Positions 10,660 to 24,008 are shown, numbered from the stretch's first letter. The stretch: 60,056 nucleotides of DNA from Rhodoferax sp. (GCA_025358555.1 JANYJD010000036.1:1-60056), one strand, 5' to 3'. Notes: generated by a model not told the origin, from the sequence alone. A program made the numbers and translations.

Positions 10660-11058
10660 TTATGCCCTTGCCGTCTCTGCATCAGCTGCTTCAACAATGG
10701 CCGGGCGATCCACCAACTCAACCAAAGCCATCGGCGCGTTGTCACCAACGCGGAAACCCATTTTCAGGATACGGGTGTAGCCACCTGGACGGGTCTTGAA
10801 ACGGGGGCCGAGATCATTGAACAGCTTGGTCACGCTGTCCCGGTCACGCAGGCGATCAAATGCCAGACGGCGGTTCGCCAGCGTGGCTTCTTTGGCCAGC
10901 GTGATCATGGGTTCCACGACCCGGCGCAATTCTTTTGCCTTGGGTACCGTGGTCTTGATGACCTCATGCTCGATGAGCGAGTTCATCATGTTGCGCAACA
11001 TCGCGAGGCGGTGCTCGCTGGTGCGGTTGAGTTTACGTAGTCCGTGACCGTGACGCAT
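10660..11058 (-). CDS. rplQ: 50S ribosomal protein L17
   Basis: The N-terminus [24 protein letters not shown] is canonical for L17. It is the last gene of the alpha operon. Confidence 0.95.
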   Translation of the reverse strand: MRHGHGLRKLNRTSEHRLAMLRNMMNSLIEHEVIKTTVPKAKELRRVVEPMITLAKEATLANRRLAFDRLRDRDSVTKLFNDLGPRFKTRPGGYTRILKMGFRVGDNAPMALVELVDRPAIVEAADAETARA

Positions 11059-11212
11059 GGTGCTTATCCTTTATTTATAAAACAGGCAGCCGGATCAGGT
11101 ACTGCCCTTGGCACTGAGCCCTGTGTCAGGGCTCTTGAATCAAACGTTTTCAAAAATAAAAACGCTTCCAACTTTGACGCTTTCAAACTCGCGCCACAGA
11201 TATCCAGCTTGC

Positions 11213-12202
11213 TCAACGTTTTTCGAGTGCTGCCGGTGGCCAGCTTTCCAGCTTCATTCCCAGAGTCAAACCACGAGACGCCAGCACTTCCTTGATTTCA
11301 TTGAGCGACTTGCGGCCCAGGTTTGGCGTTTTCAGCAATTCATTTTCGGTGCGCTGAATCAGGTCACCGATGTAATAGATGTTTTCGGCTTTGAGGCAGT
11401 TTGCCGAGCGCACTGTCAGTTCGAGCTCGTCCACCGGGCGCAACAAGATCGGGTCAAACTGTGTGTTGCCGCGTGGCGCCGGCGCATCAAATGCCGCCAG
11501 CTCACTGCCTTCAAGCTGCGCAAATACTGCCAGCTGCTCCACAAGGATTTTTGCCGAGGCGCGTACGGCGTCTTCCGCCGAGATCGCACCATTGGTTTCG
11601 ATTTCAACAACCAGTTTGTCCAGGTCGGTACGCTGCTCGACTCGGGCGCTCTCGACCGTGTAGCTGACGCGTTTCACCGGCGAGAAAGAGGCATCAAGAA
11701 CAATCCGGCCAATCGATTTCGTGGTGTCATCCGCGTGGCGGCGCATGGTGCCGGGAACATAGCCACGGCCTTTTTCAACTTTGATCTGCATGTCAAGTTT
11801 GCCACCGTGGGAAAGACTTGCGATCACATGGCCCGGATTGATGATCTCAACATCGTGGGGCGTCTGAATATCGGCGGCCGTCACAGCCCCTTCACCGTCT
11901 TTTCGCAGGCTCAGCGTAACTTCTTCGCGGTTGTGAAGCTTGAACACCACACCCTTGAGATTCAAGAGAATGTTGACAACATCTTCCTGAACACCGTCAA
12001 TTGAAGAGTACTCGTGCAAAACACCCGCAATGGTGACTTCCGTTGCGGCATAGCCCGGCATGGACGACAAAAGGACCCGACGCAGCGCATTGCCGAGCGT
12101 ATGGCCATAACCCCGCTCGAAAGGCTCCAGCGCCACTTTGGCGCGGTTCGAGCCAAGCTGCTCAACATTGATTGCTTTGGGTTTCAGCAGATTTGATTGC
12201 AT
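11213..12202 (-). CDS. rpoA: DNA-directed RNA polymerase subunit alpha
   Basis: 329 aa, with [22 protein letters not shown] and a C-terminal domain ([21 protein letters not shown]). Confidence 0.97.
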   Translation of the reverse strand: MQSNLLKPKAINVEQLGSNRAKVALEPFERGYGHTLGNALRRVLLSSMPGYAATEVTIAGVLHEYSSIDGVQEDVVNILLNLKGVVFKLHNREEVTLSLRKDGEGAVTAADIQTPHDVEIINPGHVIASLSHGGKLDMQIKVEKGRGYVPGTMRRHADDTTKSIGRIVLDASFSPVKRVSYTVESARVEQRTDLDKLVVEIETNGAISAEDAVRASAKILVEQLAVFAQLEGSELAAFDAPAPRGNTQFDPILLRPVDELELTVRSANCLKAENIYYIGDLIQRTENELLKTPNLGRKSLNEIKEVLASRGLTLGMKLESWPPAALEKR

Positions 12203-12368
12203 GCAAACTTCCTCTCAATACCCCCGGCTCGTTACACCGGTAAGGCTGGTGAAGCGCCTGGCTTGCGGTGCCCCACGAACCAGGAACGATTTCAATTAAA
12301 AACGCGACTAAGCGTCACAACAGAAGAAATGACAAGCCCGCATCCAGCGAGGCATGACGAAGTCCTGA

Positions 12369-12992
12369 TCAGCGTGAGTACAACTCAACAATCAAGGATT
12401 CATTCACGTCGGCGGCGAACTGGTCACGATCCGGCACTTTCTTGAAAATGCCTTCAGCCTTTTCAGCGCTGACCTCGACCCAGGCTGGCATGCCAACCTG
12501 CTGAGCCAATTGCAGCGCTTCAGCAACCCGGTTCTGCTTCTTCGATTTGTCCCGAACCGCAATCACGTCGCCAGTTTTAACCATGTACGACGGAATGTTC
12601 ACCGATTGGCCGTTCACTGTCATCGCCTTGTGTGACACCAGCTGACGCGCTTCAGCGCGCGTTGAGCCGAAGCCCATGCGGTATACGACGTTGTCAAGAC
12701 GGGACTCCAGCAGGAACAGCAGGTTTGCGCCCGTGTTGCCCTTGCGGCGGTCAGCTTCTTCGAAATAGCGGCGGAACTGACGCTCCAGCACGCCATACAT
12801 CCGCTTGACCTTTTGCTTCTCGCGCAATTGCAGTCCGTAGTCTGATGTGCGGGCGCCTGACGTGCGGCCATGCTGGCCAGGTTTGGAGTCAAATTTGGCC
12901 TTGTCGCCAATAGAGCGTCGCGCGCTCTTGAGGAACAGGTCAGTGCCTTCACGGCGTGATAGTTTGGCCTTGGGGCCTAGGTAGCGTGCCAC
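12369..12992 (-). CDS. rpsD: 30S ribosomal protein S4
   Basis: [23 protein letters not shown] place the start at the GTG at 12992, preceded by AAGGAAG (giving MARYLGPK), rather than the track start at 13019. Confidence 0.93.
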   Translation of the reverse strand: MARYLGPKAKLSRREGTDLFLKSARRSIGDKAKFDSKPGQHGRTSGARTSDYGLQLREKQKVKRMYGVLERQFRRYFEEADRRKGNTGANLLFLLESRLDNVVYRMGFGSTRAEARQLVSHKAMTVNGQSVNIPSYMVKTGDVIAVRDKSKKQNRVAEALQLAQQVGMPAWVEVSAEKAEGIFKKVPDRDQFAADVNESLIVELYSR

Positions 12993-13102
12993 TTGAACTT
13001 CCTTTATGTCATCTGCCACAGCGAACTGCGGGAGCCATCAACGGCAGTTGATGGCGGTGGGCTTGTTAAAAAATAATTGCGTAGTGCGTGAGCGCAACGC
13101 GA

Positions 13103-13507
13103 TCAGATCCTGCGGCGCTTTTGCGGGCGGCAACCGTTGTGCGGAACTGGCGTGACATCAGCAATCATGTTGATGCGAATGCCAAGTGCCGCCAGTGCCC
13201 GCACCGAGGACTCCCGGCCAGGGCCCGGACCCTTGATTTCGACATCAAGGTTCTTGATGCCTTGCTCAACAGCCGCGCGACCTGCCACTTCGGATGCCAC
13301 TTGGGCGGCAAAAGGCGTTGATTTGCGCGAACCCTTGAATCCTTGACCGCCAGATGACGCCCAGGACAAAGCATTGCCTTGGCGGTCCGTGATGGTAATG
13401 ATGGTGTTGTTGAAGGACGCGTGCACATGTGCAACGCCATCCGCAACATTTTTGCGGACTTTTTTCCGTACGCGCTGGGCGGCCGTATTGGTAGGAGCTT
13501 TTGCCAT
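13103..13507 (-). CDS. rpsK: 30S ribosomal protein S11
   Basis: [42 protein letters not shown]. Confidence 0.95.
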   Translation of the reverse strand: MAKAPTNTAAQRVRKKVRKNVADGVAHVHASFNNTIITITDRQGNALSWASSGGQGFKGSRKSTPFAAQVASEVAGRAAVEQGIKNLDVEIKGPGPGRESSVRALAALGIRINMIADVTPVPHNGCRPQKRRRI

Positions 13508-13526
13508 ATTGGTCTCTTAGTCCCTG

Positions 13527-13892
13527 TTATTTCTTCAACGACGCGGCCGCCTTGCGGGGGCCTTTGCGCGTGCGTGCGTTTGTGCGGGTGCGCTGGCCAC
13601 GCATGGGCAGGCCACGGCGGTGGCGGAAGCCACGGTAGCAGCCGATGTCCATCAATCGCTTGATGTTCATGGTCGTTTCGCGACGCAGATCACCCTCGAT
13701 GGTGAACTGACCAATCTGGTCGCGGATTTTTTCCAAATCCCCGTCAGTCAGATCCTTGACCTTCTTGGAATAGGCGATGCCACAAGCTTCGCAAATTTTG
13801 CGGGCGCGGGTGCGACCAATTCCGAAAATGGCAGTCAAGCCAATTTCAGAATGCTGTTGCGGCGGAATATTGATACCAGCGATACGTGCCAT
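13527..13892 (-). CDS. rpsM: 30S ribosomal protein S13
   Basis: [14 protein letters not shown]...[28 protein letters not shown]. Confidence 0.95.
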   Translation of the reverse strand: MARIAGINIPPQQHSEIGLTAIFGIGRTRARKICEACGIAYSKKVKDLTDGDLEKIRDQIGQFTIEGDLRRETTMNIKRLMDIGCYRGFRHRRGLPMRGQRTRTNARTRKGPRKAAASLKK

Positions 13893-13916
13893 TTTTGTCC
13901 TCTAAAACTCTTGCAA

Positions 13917-14030
13917 TCAACCCTGGCGCTGTTTGTGCCGTGGATCCGTACAGATCACACGCACCACACCCTTGCGCCGAATAATTTTGCAGTTGCGGCA
14001 AATTTTCTTGACCGAAGCCGAAACTTTCAT
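13917..14030 (-). CDS. rpmJ: 50S ribosomal protein L36
   Basis: Hand translation of the minus strand gives [37 protein letters not shown] (37 aa). It is absent from the ORF track because it is shorter than 60 aa. Confidence 0.93.
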   Translation of the reverse strand: MKVSASVKKICRNCKIIRRKGVVRVICTDPRHKQRQG

Positions 14031-14082
14031 TTCACTCTCCTAAAACTCTAAAAATTGTCATTCAACGCGCCCTGAAGCCGCT

Positions 14083-15393
14083 TCAAGACGACTTGAAATT
14101 TGCTTTCTTCAGCAAAGACTCATATTGCTGCGACATCATGTAGTTCTGAACTTGGGACATGAAGTCCATCGTCACGACCACGATGATCAAAAGCGACGTG
14201 CCGCCAAAGTAGAAAGGCACGTTGTATTTCAGTATCAAAAACTCGGGTAGCAGGCAAACCATCGTGATGTAGATCGCACCCGCCAGCGTGAGGCGAAGCA
14301 GGATTTTGTCGATGTACTTCGCGGTCTGCTCACCTGGGCGAATGCCGGGGATGAAGGCACCGCTCTTTTTCAAGTTGTCAGCAGTCTCGCGGCTGTTGAA
14401 AACCAGGGCCGTGTAAAAGAAACAGAAGAAAACAATGGCTGCCGTATAAAACATGATGTATATCGGCTGGCCTGGCGTCAGCGACCCCGAAATATCCTTC
14501 AACCAGCGCATCGACTCACCCGTGCTGAACCAGCCCACAATGGTGGCTGGCAACAAAATAATGGAAGACGCAAAGATGGGCGGTATCACACCGGCCATGT
14601 TCAATTTCAATGGCAGGTGGGACGACTGGCCACCGTACACCTTGTTGCCCACCTGTCGCCTGGCGTAATTGACCAGAATCTTCCGCTGGCCGCGCTCAAC
14701 AAACACAACAAAATAAACCACCAACACAACCAGAATTGCAATAAATAAAGCCACGATGATGCTCATGGCACCCGTGCGAACCAGTTCCAGCATGCCGCCC
14801 AACGCATTCGGCAAACCTGCTGCAATGCCGCCAAATATCAATATCGATATGCCATTGCCTAGCCCGCGCTCAGTGATCTGCTCACCCAGCCACATCAAAA
14901 ACATGGTGCCTGCGGTCAAAGTGAAAATCGCAGTAACCCGAAACCCGATACCCGGAGAAATCACCAAACCGGCTGAGCTCTCAAGCGCAAGCGCGATGCC
15001 CATCGACTGAAACAACGCAAGCCCCAATGTGCCATAGCGCGTGTACTGAGTGATCTTGCGGCGCCCTGCTTCGCCTTCTTTTTTCAGTTGCTCAAAAGCA
15101 GGCAAAACATAAGTCAAAAGCTGCATGATGATCGACGCCGAGATGTACGGCATGATCCCCAACGCAAACACTGTGAACCGCGACAACGCACCACCTGAGA
15201 ACACGTTGAACATCCCCAAGATGCCGCTTTGCTGGCCCTTGAAGAACTGCTGCAACTGCGCCGGATCGATGCCAGGCACGGGTATGTGCGCGCCTATGCG
15301 GTAAACCACCAGCGCAAGCAGCAAAAACACCAGCCGACGACGCAGGTCGCCGAACTTGCCGGTTTTTGCCAATTGGGACGCGCTGGTTGCCAC
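14083..15393 (-). CDS. secY: preprotein translocase subunit SecY
   Basis: 436-aa polytopic membrane protein in the canonical position between rplO and rpmJ. It contains the motif [12 protein letters not shown]. Confidence 0.96.
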   Translation of the reverse strand: MATSASQLAKTGKFGDLRRRLVFLLLALVVYRIGAHIPVPGIDPAQLQQFFKGQQSGILGMFNVFSGGALSRFTVFALGIMPYISASIIMQLLTYVLPAFEQLKKEGEAGRRKITQYTRYGTLGLALFQSMGIALALESSAGLVISPGIGFRVTAIFTLTAGTMFLMWLGEQITERGLGNGISILIFGGIAAGLPNALGGMLELVRTGAMSIIVALFIAILVVLVVYFVVFVERGQRKILVNYARRQVGNKVYGGQSSHLPLKLNMAGVIPPIFASSIILLPATIVGWFSTGESMRWLKDISGSLTPGQPIYIMFYTAAIVFFCFFYTALVFNSRETADNLKKSGAFIPGIRPGEQTAKYIDKILLRLTLAGAIYITMVCLLPEFLILKYNVPFYFGGTSLLIIVVVTMDFMSQVQNYMMSQQYESLLKKANFKSS

Positions 15394-15420
15394 GTGATCT
15401 TTCTTTACAGGCGATCAGGC

Positions 15421-15852
15421 TCAGGCGATGCTGCCGCCAGCCGCTTCAATCGCGGCTTTGGCACCGGCTGTGGCACCAATGCCATTCAGTTTGACGGCTT
15501 TCGTGATCGCGCCCGTTTTGATGACCTTGACGACCTTGGCTTTTTCGCTAACCAGGCCTGCTTGCTTCAGTGTCAGCAAGTCGACATCAACCGCGCCCAG
15601 CAACTCCAGCGAAGTCAAGGTGACCTCTGCATTGAATTGCAACAAATGCGATTTGAAACCGCGCTTGGGCAAACGCCGCTGCAAAGGCATTTGACCGCCT
15701 TCAAAACCAACCTTGTGGTAGCCACCTGCACGTGACTTTTGGCCTTTGTGGCCGCGCCCTGCAGTTTTGCCGATGCCCGAGCCAATACCGCGACCGACAC
15801 GACGCTTGTAGTGCTTCGCGCCGTCAGCCGGTTTAATGCCATTGAGTTCCAT
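15421..15852 (-). CDS. rplO: 50S ribosomal protein L15
   Basis: [25 protein letters not shown]. The start is ambiguous (TTG-ATG-ATG). I chose the second ATG, 6 nt after AAGAGG. Confidence 0.9.
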   Translation of the reverse strand: MELNGIKPADGAKHYKRRVGRGIGSGIGKTAGRGHKGQKSRAGGYHKVGFEGGQMPLQRRLPKRGFKSHLLQFNAEVTLTSLELLGAVDVDLLTLKQAGLVSEKAKVVKVIKTGAITKAVKLNGIGATAGAKAAIEAAGGSIA

Positions 15853-15862
15853 CATCAACCTC

Positions 15863-16045
15863 TTAAAGCACTTTGACCAGATAACTGATCTTGTTAATCA
15901 TCCCGCGCACCTCTGGCGTATCCACGAGTTCGCTGGTGCTGCGGATTTTCCGCAAGCCCAAGCCGCGCACGGTCGCACGATGCGATTCCTTGCAGCCGAT
16001 GGGGCTTCGTACGAGCTGAACCGTTACTTTTTGCTGAGTAGTCAT
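15863..16045 (-). CDS. rpmD: 50S ribosomal protein L30
   Basis: 60 aa ([11 protein letters not shown]...[13 protein letters not shown]) in the conserved position between rpsE and rplO. Confidence 0.92.
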   Translation of the reverse strand: MTTQQKVTVQLVRSPIGCKESHRATVRGLGLRKIRSTSELVDTPEVRGMINKISYLVKVL

Positions 16046-16071
16046 TTTGAAGCTCCTGCCATTACTAGGAG

Positions 16072-16596
16072 TTATACGAACAGTTCTTCAACGGTCTTGC
16101 CGCGCTTGGCTGCCACTTCCGCCGGCGTGGTGGAATGCGACAGCGCGTCCAGGGTGGCACGCACCATGTTGTAGGGGTTGGTCGAACCATGGCTCTTGGC
16201 CACGATGTCGGTGATGCCCATCACTTCGAACACGGCGCGCATGGGACCGCCCGCAATAATGCCCGTACCCTTGGGGGCAGGAGCCATCATCACCGCAGCA
16301 GCACCGTGCTGGCCCATCACCTTGTGATGGATTGAGCCGTTTTTCAGATTGATCTTGGTCAGGTTGCGGCGGGCTTCTTCCATGGCTTTTTGCACAGCTG
16401 CCGGAACTTCCTTGGATTTGCCCTTGCCCATGCCAACGCGCCCGTCACCATCACCCACCACAGTCAATGCCGCAAAACCAAGAATGCGACCGCCCTTGAC
16501 CACTTTGGTGACGCGATTGATCGCGATCATCTTTTCACGCAGGCCGTCTTCGGGCCCTTCGGCCTTACCCTGCATCTTCGCTTGTACTTTAGCCAT
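16072..16596 (-). CDS. rpsE: 30S ribosomal protein S5
   Basis: [46 protein letters not shown]. Confidence 0.95.
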   Translation of the reverse strand: MAKVQAKMQGKAEGPEDGLREKMIAINRVTKVVKGGRILGFAALTVVGDGDGRVGMGKGKSKEVPAAVQKAMEEARRNLTKINLKNGSIHHKVMGQHGAAAVMMAPAPKGTGIIAGGPMRAVFEVMGITDIVAKSHGSTNPYNMVRATLDALSHSTTPAEVAAKRGKTVEELFV

Positions 16597-16613
16597 TACT
16601 TATTCCGATCTGC

Positions 16614-16979
16614 TTAGAACTGCAAGCCTGCTTCACGTGCCGCATCGGCCAGCGCCTTGACGCGGCCGTGGTACGCAAAACCCGAACGATCAAACGCCAC
16701 TTTTTCAACCCCTGCCGCCTTCGCTTTTTCAGCAAGGCGTTTGCCGATGGCCTGTGCAGCAGCGACATTGCCGCCCTTGCCCGCAGCACCAAGGGACTTG
16801 CGGATGTCGGCTTCTGCAGTAGAGGCCGTGGCAATGACCTTCCCGCCGTCGCCAGAGATGACACTGGCGTAGATGTGCAGGTTGGTGCGATTGACAGTCA
16901 GCCGCGCAACGCCTTGTGTCGCGATGCGAATCCGGGTTTGACGCGCCCGACGAAGGCGCTGCTCTTTTTTGGTCAACAT
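16614..16979 (-). CDS. rplR: 50S ribosomal protein L18
   Basis: [12 protein letters not shown]...[13 protein letters not shown]...[26 protein letters not shown]. Confidence 0.95.
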   Translation of the reverse strand: MLTKKEQRLRRARQTRIRIATQGVARLTVNRTNLHIYASVISGDGGKVIATASTAEADIRKSLGAAGKGGNVAAAQAIGKRLAEKAKAAGVEKVAFDRSGFAYHGRVKALADAAREAGLQF

Positions 16980-16990
16980 TTAGCTGCCCC

Positions 16991-17524
16991 TTACTTTTTC
17001 TTGGTTTCTTTGATCGTGATTTTCTCGTCCACGTAGCGGATGCCTTTGCCCTTGTAGGGCTCAGGGGGACGAATTGCACGAATCTCGGCAGCAACTTGGC
17101 CCACACGCTGGCGGTCAGCGCCTTTGACCACGATTTCCGTGGGGGTAGGCGTTGCGACGGTGATGCCAGCTGGCATGTCTTTGTTAACCGGATGTGAGTA
17201 GCCCACGGTCAAGTTCAGCTTGGCACCCTGAGCCTGCGCTTTGTAACCCACGCCGACCAGGCTCAGCTTCTTCTCAAAGCCTTTGGTCACGCCAACAACC
17301 ATGTTGTTCACGAGCTGGCGCATGGTGCCACTCATGGCATTGGCTTCCCGCGAATCATTGGCAGGTGCAAAGCTAAGCTTGCCCGCGTCGCTGACCACTT
17401 TGACAAGCGCGTTTTGGGTGAGGAACAAAGCGCCCCCAGTACCCTTCACGCTGATTTGGTCATCCTTGATTGACACGTCCACACCAGCGGGTACGGCAAT
17501 AGGCATTTTTCCTACACGGGACAT
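16991..17524 (-). CDS. rplF: 50S ribosomal protein L6
   Basis: [17 protein letters not shown]...LVGVGYKA...[11 protein letters not shown]. Confidence 0.95.
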   Translation of the reverse strand: MSRVGKMPIAVPAGVDVSIKDDQISVKGTGGALFLTQNALVKVVSDAGKLSFAPANDSREANAMSGTMRQLVNNMVVGVTKGFEKKLSLVGVGYKAQAQGAKLNLTVGYSHPVNKDMPAGITVATPTPTEIVVKGADRQRVGQVAAEIRAIRPPEPYKGKGIRYVDEKITIKETKKK

Positions 17525-17548
17525 TTTTGATTTCTCCTCAATGTAGCT

Positions 17549-17944
17549 TTAAGCGACGTAGCACAGCACTTCGCCACCGACACCGGTAGCGCGCGCTTTG
17601 CGGTCAGTCATGACACCCTGTGGTGTCGTCACGATCGCCACGCCCAAGCCGTTTTGCACCTGGGGGATGGCACCCGTGCCACGGTAGACGCGCAGGCCGG
17701 GACGGCTGACACGCTCAATGCGCTCTATCACCGGGCGACCGGCGTAGTATTTGAGGGCGATTTCCAGCTCGGCCTTGCCGTCCTCTGTTTTCACCTGGAA
17801 GCCGTCAATGTAGCCTTCGTCCTTCAAGACTTGGGCAATGGCCACCTTCACTTTGGAAGAAGGCACAGACACAGTCGTTTTTGCAACCATCTGCGCATTG
17901 CGGATGCGCGTCAACAGGTCGGCGATGGGATCACTCATGCTCAT
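17549..17944 (-). CDS. rpsH: 30S ribosomal protein S8
   Basis: [17 protein letters not shown]...RPGLRVY.... Confidence 0.95.
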   Translation of the reverse strand: MSMSDPIADLLTRIRNAQMVAKTTVSVPSSKVKVAIAQVLKDEGYIDGFQVKTEDGKAELEIALKYYAGRPVIERIERVSRPGLRVYRGTGAIPQVQNGLGVAIVTTPQGVMTDRKARATGVGGEVLCYVA

Positions 17945-17962
17945 GTTTATATCTCCTGTCGC

Positions 17963-18268
17963 TTACCAGCTGGCCTTGACGATGCCTGGGATTTCTCCGG
18001 CAAAAGCCATTTCGCGAATCTTGGCGCGTGCCAGCCCAAAGTGCTGGAACGTGCCACGGGGGCGGCCGGTGATGGAACAGCGATTGCGCTGGCGTGTCGG
18101 GTTTGCATTGCGCGGCAGCTTTTGCAGCGCCAGGCGGGCCTGGGCGCGCTCTTCGTCGCTGCGCTTGGCGTCGTTTGCAATGCCTTTGTATTCCGCGTGT
18201 TTTTTCGCGTACTTGGCAACCAAATTGTCGCGCTTGAGTTCGCGCTGGATTAAAGCCATTTTTGCCAC
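17963..18268 (-). CDS. rpsN: 30S ribosomal protein S14
   Basis: [41 protein letters not shown]. The start was set to the GTG at 18268 (GAGG 6 nt upstream), giving a 101-aa protein that begins [10 protein letters not shown]. The track start at 18322 would add a non-homologous extension. Confidence 0.92.
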   Translation of the reverse strand: MAKMALIQRELKRDNLVAKYAKKHAEYKGIANDAKRSDEERAQARLALQKLPRNANPTRQRNRCSITGRPRGTFQHFGLARAKIREMAFAGEIPGIVKASW

Positions 18269-18276
18269 AGGTCGCC

Positions 18277-18816
18277 TCAGTTCTTGAACGGGAAACGGAA
18301 ACCAACAAGCAGCGCCTTGCACTCTTCGTCAGTCTTGGCCGTTGTGGTGATGCTGATATTGAGTCCGCGCAAGGCATCAACCTTGTCGTATTCGATTTCA
18401 GGGAAAATAATCTGCTCTTTAACGCCGATGTTGTAGTTGCCACGGCCATCAAAAGCGCGGCCGGAAATGCCACGGAAGTCACGGACCCGGGGCAGCGCCA
18501 CGGTCACAAAGCGGTCCAGAAATTCATACATCTGCACACCGCGAAGCGTGACCATGCAGCCGATAGCCTGGTCTTCACGGATTTTGAAGCCGGCAATTGC
18601 CTTCTTGGACTTGGTTACCACTGGCTTCTGGCCTGCAATCTTGGTCAGGTCGCCCACTGCGTTGTCCATGACTTTTTTGTCAGCTACTGCTTCGCTCACA
18701 CCCAGGTTGAGCGTGATCTTGGTCAGACGCGGAACCTGCATGGGCGAGGTGTAGCCAAATTTGGCCATCAGCTCAGGCGCCAGTTTTTCGCGGTAGTGTT
18801 GTTGTAAACGTGCCAT
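18277..18816 (-). CDS. rplE: 50S ribosomal protein L5
   Basis: [12 protein letters not shown]...KITLNLGV...[19 protein letters not shown]. Confidence 0.95.
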   Translation of the reverse strand: MARLQQHYREKLAPELMAKFGYTSPMQVPRLTKITLNLGVSEAVADKKVMDNAVGDLTKIAGQKPVVTKSKKAIAGFKIREDQAIGCMVTLRGVQMYEFLDRFVTVALPRVRDFRGISGRAFDGRGNYNIGVKEQIIFPEIEYDKVDALRGLNISITTTAKTDEECKALLVGFRFPFKN

Positions 18817-18827
18817 GATGAGTATCC

Positions 18828-19148
18828 TTAGGCGAACTTGATTTCTTCGCCGCTGGACTTGTAAACGCGAACGCGTTTGCCGTCACCCAGCAGCTTGATG
18901 CCAACGCGGTCAGCCTTGCCCGTTGCGGCATTGAAAATGGCCACGTTGGACTGGTGGATGGGCATGGTTTTTTCAACAATGCCGCCAACCGCGCCCTTGA
19001 GCGGATTGGGTTTGGTGTGTTTTTTCACCAGGTTGATGCCCTCGACCATCACATGGGAGTCATCTTTGCGCAGCGTAATCTTGCCGCGCTTGCCCTTGTC
19101 ACGCCCGGCCAGGACAATGACTTCGTCACCTTTGCGAATCTTGTTCAT
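18828..19148 (-). CDS. rplX: 50S ribosomal protein L24
   Basis: [22 protein letters not shown] (KOW motif). Confidence 0.95.
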   Translation of the reverse strand: MNKIRKGDEVIVLAGRDKGKRGKITLRKDDSHVMVEGINLVKKHTKPNPLKGAVGGIVEKTMPIHQSNVAIFNAATGKADRVGIKLLGDGKRVRVYKSSGEEIKFA

Positions 19149-19170
19149 CGCTCTTCCTTATTTATGACGG

Positions 19171-19539
19171 TCAGAGAACTTCAGGGGCCAAGGACACGAT
19201 CTTCATGAACTTCTCGGTGCGCAGTTCGCGCGTCACGGGTCCAAAGATGCGGGTGCCGATGGGCTCCAGCTTGGCGTTGAGCAACACGGCTGCGTTGCTG
19301 TCGAATTTGACCAGCGAGCCGTCGCTGCGTCGGATGCCCTTGGCGGTGCGGACCACCACGGCACTGTAGATTTCGCCTTTTTTGACGCGGCCACGGGGAG
19401 CAGCTTCTTTGATGCTCACCTTGATGACGTCGCCCACGCTTGCATACCGGCGCTTGGACCCACCCAGCACCTTGATGCAAAGGACGGATTTCGCGCCAGT
19501 ATTGTCGGCAACTTCCAATCGGGATTCAGTCTGGATCAT
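19171..19539 (-). CDS. rplN: 50S ribosomal protein L14
   Basis: [17 protein letters not shown]... The start was set to the ATG at 19539 (122 aa). It is the first gene of the spc operon. Confidence 0.95.
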   Translation of the reverse strand: MIQTESRLEVADNTGAKSVLCIKVLGGSKRRYASVGDVIKVSIKEAAPRGRVKKGEIYSAVVVRTAKGIRRSDGSLVKFDSNAAVLLNAKLEPIGTRIFGPVTRELRTEKFMKIVSLAPEVL

Positions 19540-19565
19540 TTTGTATATTCCCAACTTGCATCAAG

Positions 19566-19641
19566 AGCCCACAAGGGACGCCTGATCAGTCTTGGGCCCG
19601 TTAACCTTGATGCAAACCACTCACATCAAGGCGTTTGGGCA
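19566..19641 (-). promoter_or_regulatory. structured leader/spacer upstream of rplN with mutually exclusive hairpins
   Basis: There are three copies of one arm. TTGCATCAAG (19566-19575) and CATCAAGG (19634-19641) are each complementary to CCTTGATGCAA (19615-19625). The RNA can therefore form either an A:B hairpin or a B:C hairpin, but not both. Confidence 0.35.
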
Positions 19642-19714
19642 GAAACTTCGAATGGCCTTTTCAAGCCAAGCCTGCGATTATGCCAGAGATTTCTGGCCTG
19701 CGTCAAGCGCGATG

Positions 19715-21331
19715 TTACGGCAACCGCAAATAGCCCTTTGCCAGCGCTGAGAAAGCTTGCAGTTGCGGGTCCATACCCGTCTCATGCGACAAGATCTGCC
19801 CGGTCTTGGCGGCCACAGAACTGGCCAGGCGGGCATCCAGAAACAACAGGCGGGATCGCCGGGCCAGCACGTCCTCCACCGTGCGCGCGTACTCGTAGCG
19901 CGCCGCAAAGCGCACCATGGCCTCGGTCAAACCGGGCGCGATTTCCACCGCCGCGCCGGCCAAGGCCTCCATCGCCGCCTGCTCAGACCCATACGAATGC
20001 CCACCCGGCGGCTTGCTGATGGACGTGTATTCGCCCGTGTGCGATGCGTCCGACCCCAGCAACATCAGATGCTCTGTAACGCCTGACGCCCGCCGCTTCA
20101 ACAACGACTTCTCAAAGCATTTCTCCAGCACGTCTTCGGCCATCGCGCGGTAGGTGGTCCATTTGCCGCCTGTCACAGTGACCAGGCCGCTGCGGCTCAC
20201 CAGCACGGTGTGCTCGCGGCTCAGCCCCTTGGTGTTGTCGCCATCGTCGTCCTGCGGCTTCACCAGGGGCCGCAAGCCCACCCACACACTCTTCACGTCG
20301 GCCCGGGTCGGCCCACGTTTCAAATAGCGGGCCGACTCGTCCAGGATGAAATCAACCTCTTCCTTGAACGGCTGCGGTTCCCTCGCCAGGTCGAGCCGTG
20401 GCGTGTCAGTGGTGCCCAAAATGACTTTGCCTAACCATGGCACGGCAAACAAGACCCGGCCATCGACAGTTTTGGGCACCATCAGCCCCACCTCGGCCTG
20501 CAAAAACTCGCGGTCCACCACCACGTGAACCCCCTGGCTGGGCGCCACCATGGGTTTGGTGGGCTTGCGCCCGTCATTGGGGTTGGCGGCTCCGTCTTTT
20601 TCGCGCAGCTCATCAACCCAGACCCCTGCCGCGTTGATGACGCATCGCGAGTGAACTTTGATGCGTTGCCCCGTCTCGGCGTCTTCACACAACAGACCGG
20701 CCACCTTGCCGCCCTCAAAAAACAAGTCAATCGCCTTGCAGTAGTTGACCAGCAACGCGCCATGCTTGGCTGCGGTCCGCGCCAGCGCCAGCGCCAGGCG
20801 GGCGTCATTGAACTGGCCGTCCCAGTACTTGACCCCACCCTTAAGGTCTTTCGATTGAGCCGCAGGAAGCGCCTGCAGCGTCTCAGCCCGACTCAAGAAC
20901 TCGGTCTTGCCCAGGCCCGCCTTGCCGGCCAGGGCGTCGTACATCTTGAGGCCCGCGCCGTAGAACGGGGTTTCCCACCACTTGTAGGAAGGCATGATGA
21001 ACGGCAGCGGCTGCGCCAGGTGCGGCGCGTTATTGAGCAGCGTGGTGCGCTCATGCAAGGCCTCTCGCACCAATGAGATATTGCCCTGCGCCAGATACCG
21101 CACGCCGCCATGAACCAGCTTGGTGGCTCGCGACGACGTGCCCTTGGCAAAGTCGTACGACTCAACCAATACGACGCTGAAGCCCCGCGCTGCGGCGTCC
21201 AGCGCCACGCCCAGGCCGGTCGCACCACCGCCCAATATGGCCACGTCGTAGGTCTGCGGCTTGGCAAGGCGGGCTAGCAGTTGGTCCCGGCGGGTCAGCA
21301 GCGGTTTGTCAAGGGGTTTGTCGATGCCCAT
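19715..21331 (-). CDS. glpD: FAD-dependent glycerol-3-phosphate dehydrogenase
   Basis: N-terminal FAD fold YDVAILGGGATGLGVALDAAARG, plus GTSSRATKLVHGGVRYL. It is divergent from glpK. Confidence 0.88.
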   Translation of the reverse strand: MGIDKPLDKPLLTRRDQLLARLAKPQTYDVAILGGGATGLGVALDAAARGFSVVLVESYDFAKGTSSRATKLVHGGVRYLAQGNISLVREALHERTTLLNNAPHLAQPLPFIMPSYKWWETPFYGAGLKMYDALAGKAGLGKTEFLSRAETLQALPAAQSKDLKGGVKYWDGQFNDARLALALARTAAKHGALLVNYCKAIDLFFEGGKVAGLLCEDAETGQRIKVHSRCVINAAGVWVDELREKDGAANPNDGRKPTKPMVAPSQGVHVVVDREFLQAEVGLMVPKTVDGRVLFAVPWLGKVILGTTDTPRLDLAREPQPFKEEVDFILDESARYLKRGPTRADVKSVWVGLRPLVKPQDDDGDNTKGLSREHTVLVSRSGLVTVTGGKWTTYRAMAEDVLEKCFEKSLLKRRASGVTEHLMLLGSDASHTGEYTSISKPPGGHSYGSEQAAMEALAGAAVEIAPGLTEAMVRFAARYEYARTVEDVLARRSRLLFLDARLASSVAAKTGQILSHETGMDPQLQAFSALAKGYLRLP

Positions 21332-21427
21332 GGATTGAAAGCTTATGGATTATTCTTCGTGGGTTCGCGCCATTATTCCCGCATTTTTGCAATATCCCCC
21401 TGCCCAACCTCATTGGAAAGGTGATCC

Positions 21428-23002
<1,575 letters not shown>

Positions 23003-23047
23003 CAGACCAGGGTTCGAGATATTTACAGCACATCCACAGGACATTTC

Positions 23048-23863
23048 ATGAGCGAACACATTGCATTCATCGGCGGCGGCAACATGGCCAGCGCCATCAT
23101 CAGCGGCCTGCTGGGCCAGGGCTTCCAAGCCGGCCAGATTGATGTGGTGGAACCGTTTGACGAGGCACGGCAAAAAGTCAAAAGCAGCTTCGGCATTGCA
23201 GCGCACCCTGCCCCGGGCCCAGTGCTGGCACGCGCCACGCTGGTGGTGTGGGCCGTCAAGCCGCAAACCTTCAAAGACGCCGCGCTGCAAACGCGCAGCC
23301 ATACGGCCAACGCGCTGCACCTCAGCGTGGCCGCCGGCATCACCAGTGACAGCATTGCGCGCTGGCTGGGCACCGGGCGCATCGTGCGCGCCATGCCCAA
23401 CACGCCCGCGCTGATTGGCAAAGGCATCACCGGCCTGTTCGCGCGGCCTGCCGTCACACAAGCAGGCCGGCAAGCGGTGGAAAAAGTCATTGCCACCACA
23501 GGCGAATGGCTGTGGCTGGACGCCGAGGCGCAGCTAGACGGCGTGACCGCACTCTCAGGCTCCGGCCCGGCCTACATGTTTTACTTCATGGAAGCCATGA
23601 CGGAGGCTGGCGTGCAAATGGGCCTGACCCGCGAGCAAGCCCACAAACTGGCCGTTGCCACATTCATCGGCGCAGGCGAACTGGCCCGCGCATCCACCGA
23701 GCCGCCCCAAGTTTTGCGCCAACGCGTCACGTCAAAAGGCGGCACCACCTATGCCGCCATCACGTCAATGGAAGACAGCCAGATGAAGGCGCTGTTCATC
23801 AGGGCGATGCACGCCGCGCAGGTGCGTGCTGCGGAGATGGGCAGGGAGTTTGGGGGCGGGTGA
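23048..23863 (+). CDS. proC: pyrroline-5-carboxylate reductase
   Basis: IAFIGGGNMASAIISGL (NADP fold) and SGSGPAYMFYFMEAM...VTSKGGTT. Confidence 0.9.
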   Translation: MSEHIAFIGGGNMASAIISGLLGQGFQAGQIDVVEPFDEARQKVKSSFGIAAHPAPGPVLARATLVVWAVKPQTFKDAALQTRSHTANALHLSVAAGITSDSIARWLGTGRIVRAMPNTPALIGKGITGLFARPAVTQAGRQAVEKVIATTGEWLWLDAEAQLDGVTALSGSGPAYMFYFMEAMTEAGVQMGLTREQAHKLAVATFIGAGELARASTEPPQVLRQRVTSKGGTTYAAITSMEDSQMKALFIRAMHAAQVRAAEMGREFGGG

Positions 23864-24008
23864 AGCTGACTTGGTCCATCGGCCAGCTTTGGACCCAAAA
23901 CACGGAAAAAGGCGGGAAAAGACTCGAAATGAAGGTAAATCGGCCTGTAGCCCTCGTCCCATATGCATAAGCAGCTACTAAATATATAGTGTTCGAATGG
24001 TTTTCAGC

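Noticed and set aside
11108-12004. 298-aa plus-strand ORF
   Set aside because: It is fully antisense to rpoA, whose identity is unambiguous.
10660-19539. Absence of infA and adk from the spc/alpha cluster, and absence of the S10 operon upstream of rplN (glpD sits there instead)
   Set aside because: The gene order is real, but I believe it is normal lineage-specific variation in Burkholderiales-type genomes rather than an anomaly.
21332-21427. Direct repeat ATTATTC (21349-21355 and 21372-21378) in the glpD/glpK divergent promoter as a possible GlpR operator
   Set aside because: The repeat is too short (7 nt). I do not remember a GlpR consensus well enough to support a match.
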